From contig CM035356.1 of assembly GCA_020137815.1 (NCBI GenBank), forward strand, positions 5,022,001-5,086,000: DNA of 64,000 nt. Direction: 5' to 3'. The stretch comes from Hormiphora californensis (lineage: Eukaryota; Animalia; Ctenophora). The notes beneath the pieces were generated by a model that saw only the letters and a list, made by a program, of their open reading frames with translations, was not told the DNA's origin and did not search any database. Positions 57,901 through 64,000 of this stretch are shown piece by piece (positions within the stretch are counted from its first letter, which is position 1; the number at the start of each line of letters is the position of its first letter). The position numbers were made by a program, and so were the translations under genes.

Positions 57901-60581
57901 GAGTTCTGATTGGTTATTTACTTGTTTCGGTCAGTTCCTGGTGAGAATAATATTAATTATATTATGGGGACAATATGATCACTGTGTAAATAGCTAGTGT
58001 GTACCAACATATATTACACTACCATATCATTACTCTCTATTCCTGGCAGATTGCCCGTCCCTTGACTACTCTAACAAAGCAAGGAGAGAGAAGAAGCCAG
58101 TAACTAGGAAACGGAAAGCAGAGCCAATGATACCCCTTTCTATTGGAGATATGATCAGTGCTCTAGCGTCAGAATGTGTAAGTTATAAAATATTATTATT
58201 CTTTGTGAGCTACAGTCACATATAAATACCCCACAATTCCTCTCTTAGCACATGCCTGGTTAGCTCAGTCGGTAGAGCATCAGACTTTTAATCTGAGGGT
58301 CACGGGTTCGAGTCCCGTATCAGGCTGTGTGACCTTTTGCTAAAACTATCAACTAAGTTTTTAAAAAACTTCTGCACACTTTTTGAAGGATTTTTATAAA
58401 AAAAAAACCAACAAATAAATGTTTCCCTCTCTTGGAATTAACAGATGTAATCTCAAAACTATCCATTACAATCACACATTTAGAATTCTATTCGGCCCTC
58501 CGCAACACATGTCAGTCCCCTTCCCTGTTGTTTGATTCTAGTGTGTTACTCCTCCCCATCCCTTTTACACCACTCAGTAGCCTCAAATATGTGCCCCAAT
58601 GTGGGCGGGAAGTGGGCCTATACTGTTTTCCCTAAATTTATCTGCCGGATTAGACAGACATATATTTTAAACTCAGAGGGTTGTATTATGCGCGGGTGGC
58701 TAGCCCAGCACATATAAATACCCCACAATTCCTCTCTCAGCACATGCCTGGTTAGCTCAGTCGGTAGAGCATCAGACTTTTAATCTGAGGGTCACGGGTT
58801 CGAGTCCCGTATCAGGCTGTGTGACCTTTTGCCAAAGTTCCAGGCAACTGTCTATGTTGGTCTGCTTCATATGTTAATCAAATCTTGAAAGAAGGGCTAC
58901 CAAAGTTTACAACTGATAAACGTGTCTAGTTGGTAACAAAATTACCCCAGTGGCATAACTTGCAGGCACCTGCTATTTCTAACCCTATTTTACGGTGAAA
59001 CAGGGTCTAGCAAACTACCGCGTTAACTCTGCGAGTAATTTCGTGACCAAATAAAAGTGCTGATTCAAGTAAATAAAGGTCCTTTATCAATCAATCAATC
59101 AATCAAAACTGCCGCTGGCAGTGGCATTGCGCCGAAATAAACATATAATAGCAAGCAAACCAGCCACACGGACCAAACTGAGTGAGGATTCAGGGTCGTT
59201 AGCACGAAGACGGTTAGGTCTTTTGTGTGCCTTGAACCTGCTACCCCACCCTGGTCCCCACTATGTCCTTACAATTCTGAAAACTATAAAAGGGTATAAA
59301 TAATAAGTATACAACATACATCCCCATCCCCATTAGCTAAGCTCTCAATAATTCAGATTAATCAACTCTCTCAATTTACTATCACTTTGCTTCTCACGTC
59401 TCACTCTCTACAATAGAACCTCTTCTAATCCTCCAAGCTACTACATCATGAAGCTTTATATTATGTCATATTACTGTTTCTTCACTCTACAGTTCCTTTG
59501 GTTTGGAGAGAGCTTTTGTGAGACAACTTTTCTGTAACAAAGGTCGGTCGTGTTATTTTAAACGTCATTGTCACGCGCGGGTGGTCAGCCCAGCACATAT
59601 AAAAACCTCACAATTCCTCTCTTAGCACATGCCTGGTTAGCTCAGTCGGTAGAGCATCAGACTTTTAATCTGAGGGTCACGGGTTCGAGTCCCGTATCAG
59701 GCTGTGTGACCTTTTTGCTAAGATTTACTCGCCTGGGGTGCATTTCTTTTAAACGCCCGATCGTATGAGCTGATTTTTTAAACCCCCCCCCTCCAGATCT
59801 TACCAACTAAAACATCGCCCCATTATCCCACATGACCGATCATAAACCTTGAACCGAACTTGATGTAACGCGCGTAGTTTGAATTGGGGGGTTCTGTGCG
59901 CGGGTTATGTGAGTGGCAGTGAATTTCCCCTGACATACTGATCCCCCCCACACACAGTTATACACACACACACACACACACACACATCTTGAATCTCCCT
60001 CTAGCTAGCTCTCACTCGCATATTCAGGATATTGTATATTATTACATGCTGCACCTGGGTAGTAGCTCAAATGAATATGTTTTACATTCTGCCCTTATTT
60101 TCAGGTTCCAAGAGAGAAGGCACCCCACCAACTGTAAGTGCTGCAATTCTGTCAGAGCATTGGTCTGATTCTATTCTCATTTCTTGAGGACCGCGGTCAG
60201 AGCATTGGCTTGACCTAATTCAGGTTTTGAAAGTGGTTCTAATTCCTCAACATTTACAATGGTCCCTCAATTAATAATTGTCTGCAGGTTGATAGAGCCA
60301 GTTAACAGTGATAAATCGAAGAGACTCCGACGGCGAACATTAGATGAAATTTGGAGTGATGCCTCTCGACAGGCCATAGCAGCAGCACAGACACGATCGT
60401 CCCGATTAGAATATCTGAACTCCAGCAGAACAAAGGTAATAAGAGATTTGTAGATTTGTTTGCTGAAATCTATACCATCTCTCTAACTGTTTCAAATCCA
60501 ATAATACAGGTGTGTGCTGAGTTGAACTCAACTGAAGATATAAAGGGGCTGCTGAAACCTATCAGAAAGAAGAACGGGTGA
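54985..60581 (+). CDS. INO80 N-terminus-like protein (283 aa, 8 exons) with no Snf2 ATPase in this locus
   Basis: Exons 54985-55151, 56823-56875, 57086-57173, 57657-57823, 58050-58177, 60105-60133, 60288-60435 and 60510-60581 are all phase-compatible GT-AG. LSQPHHVQALDRFLDI, IYDTSELTEDNMWLKDIVLSDSSD and DEMRRMLRKYK...YTGYSTSIL resemble the metazoan INO80 N-terminus as I recall it. AATAAA at 60723. Confidence 0.7.
55204..56767. mobile_element. 1.56-kb palindromic Tc1/mariner-type foldback element
   Basis: TA|CAGGGTGTCCC...GGGACACCCTG|TA, with arms of about 760 bp, few mismatches and a ~35-bp spacer (about 55968-56002). Confidence 0.93.
57209..57317 (+). mobile_element. 109-bp hAT-like MITE, copy 1
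   Basis: TIR caggaaccgacc/ggtcggttcctg. Degenerate 8-bp TSD acaggtaa/taaggtaa. Confidence 0.8.
57832..57940 (-). mobile_element. 109-bp hAT-like MITE, copy 2 (inverted relative to copy 1)
   Basis: Reverse complement of 57209-57317. Perfect 8-bp TSD gtgagaat at 57824-57831 and 57941-57948. Confidence 0.88.
58254..58326 (+). tRNA. tRNA-Lys (anticodon TTT)
   Basis: 73-nt cloverleaf GCCTGGTTAGCTCAGTCGGTAGAGCATCAGACTTTTAATCTGAGGGTCACGGGTTCGAGTCCCGTATCAGGCT with A and B boxes and a downstream T4. Confidence 0.93.
58746..58818 (+). tRNA. tRNA-Lys (anticodon TTT)
   Basis: Identical to 58254-58326, with a T4 terminator. Confidence 0.93.
59631..59703 (+). tRNA. tRNA-Lys (anticodon TTT)
   Basis: Identical to 58254-58326, with a T5 terminator. 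Confidence 0.93.
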
Positions 60582-61485
60582 ACACTCAACTTAACTCGAC
60601 CCCCCCCCCCTTACAAATGTAAAGGAGGATTAGAAAATAACAACACTCAACTAGAAGAGCTGTCATTGGACTGACAGGATCAACTAGGATGGACCGTAGC
60701 AGATATCTATATATTGTCTGGAAATAAACACTGGGAAATTGAAAATGAAGCAGTCGATGATACTAGTAGATATTGTTGGAAATATTTGTGTTCGTTTATT
60801 TCAGACTATTGTCGACCCTTATCTGAGCGTTTAACTTATCGACTATATAACCACTTGTGGAGTTGACAGGCTGTCCCTCATTGTTTTGTTCAAACCTTTT
60901 TATTTTATTTTAGGGGAGGGAGGGTCGAACAAGGCAAGTCCCTCACTGTTCTGGACATGGGTCTAGGAGACAGCTGTCTGCTGTATACTACTGTGAAGTG
61001 TGAGATGTACCTGGTACCATTTTGAGTTGACCAGCTATAACACAGTGTAGTCACTCAGTGTAGTGTGGCTCGGAACAGGAATAGGTCATGACCTAGATAC
61101 GTTGGGTCCTGGTTTAGTTAGGACGTGCCGGTGTAAAAAACCTGAAACCGGAGAAGGGGATTCCGTTTATTGCGCCGCGCGCACCACTATGCTGACATGA
61201 TAACTTTCACTGTACGAGAGGTCTCGCGCGTCCCAGTATTAGACGAGACAAACAGAGTGTTTATAAGGAAAATAAACTCTAAATAAAGTTACATATAAAA
61301 CTATGTCAATATATTCAAGCGATAAATAATGATGTCTTGGTCAAGTTAAAATAGTTTTAAATATTAAACACTTTTTACACGTTTTGTAAATAATTTAAAT
61401 ATTAGGGTTCTTGTCCACAAATCCGTCCATCTTTACATCTTTACATCACACACCTTTAAACACATATCTCTACATCATCTCTACA

Positions 61486-64000
<2,515 letters not shown>

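Overview
Eukaryotic (animal) draft-assembly DNA. It is most likely a ctenophore such as Pleurobrachia, inferred from a 28-nt match to the ctenophore spliced leader (SL) as I recall it. Intron-rich genes traced by hand: a Ly6/three-finger-like membrane protein, a coiled-coil + PH-domain gene, a class A GPCR, a novel-type PKC (epsilon/eta), an 8-exon gene with only the N-terminal part of INO80 (three intronic tRNA-Lys genes), and the 3' part of DZANK1. NAGPA is intronless. Mobile DNA: a near-intact L2/CR1-group LINE, a degraded CR1-like LINE, a 5'-truncated CRE-clade element, non-autonomous Helitrons, several long palindromic MITEs and hAT-like MITEs. Main finds: (1) the full-length LINE starts exactly with an SL exon, suggesting it obtains its 5' end by SL trans-splicing; (2) a canonical box C/D snoRNA-like module in the CRE 3' UTR; (3) an ATPase-less INO80 N-terminus gene; (4) pervasive tandem duplications anchored on splice junctions. 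Parts of the window (about 1-450, 21200-25900, 31400-32200, 39400-41600, with an N gap at 40153-40252) look low quality.
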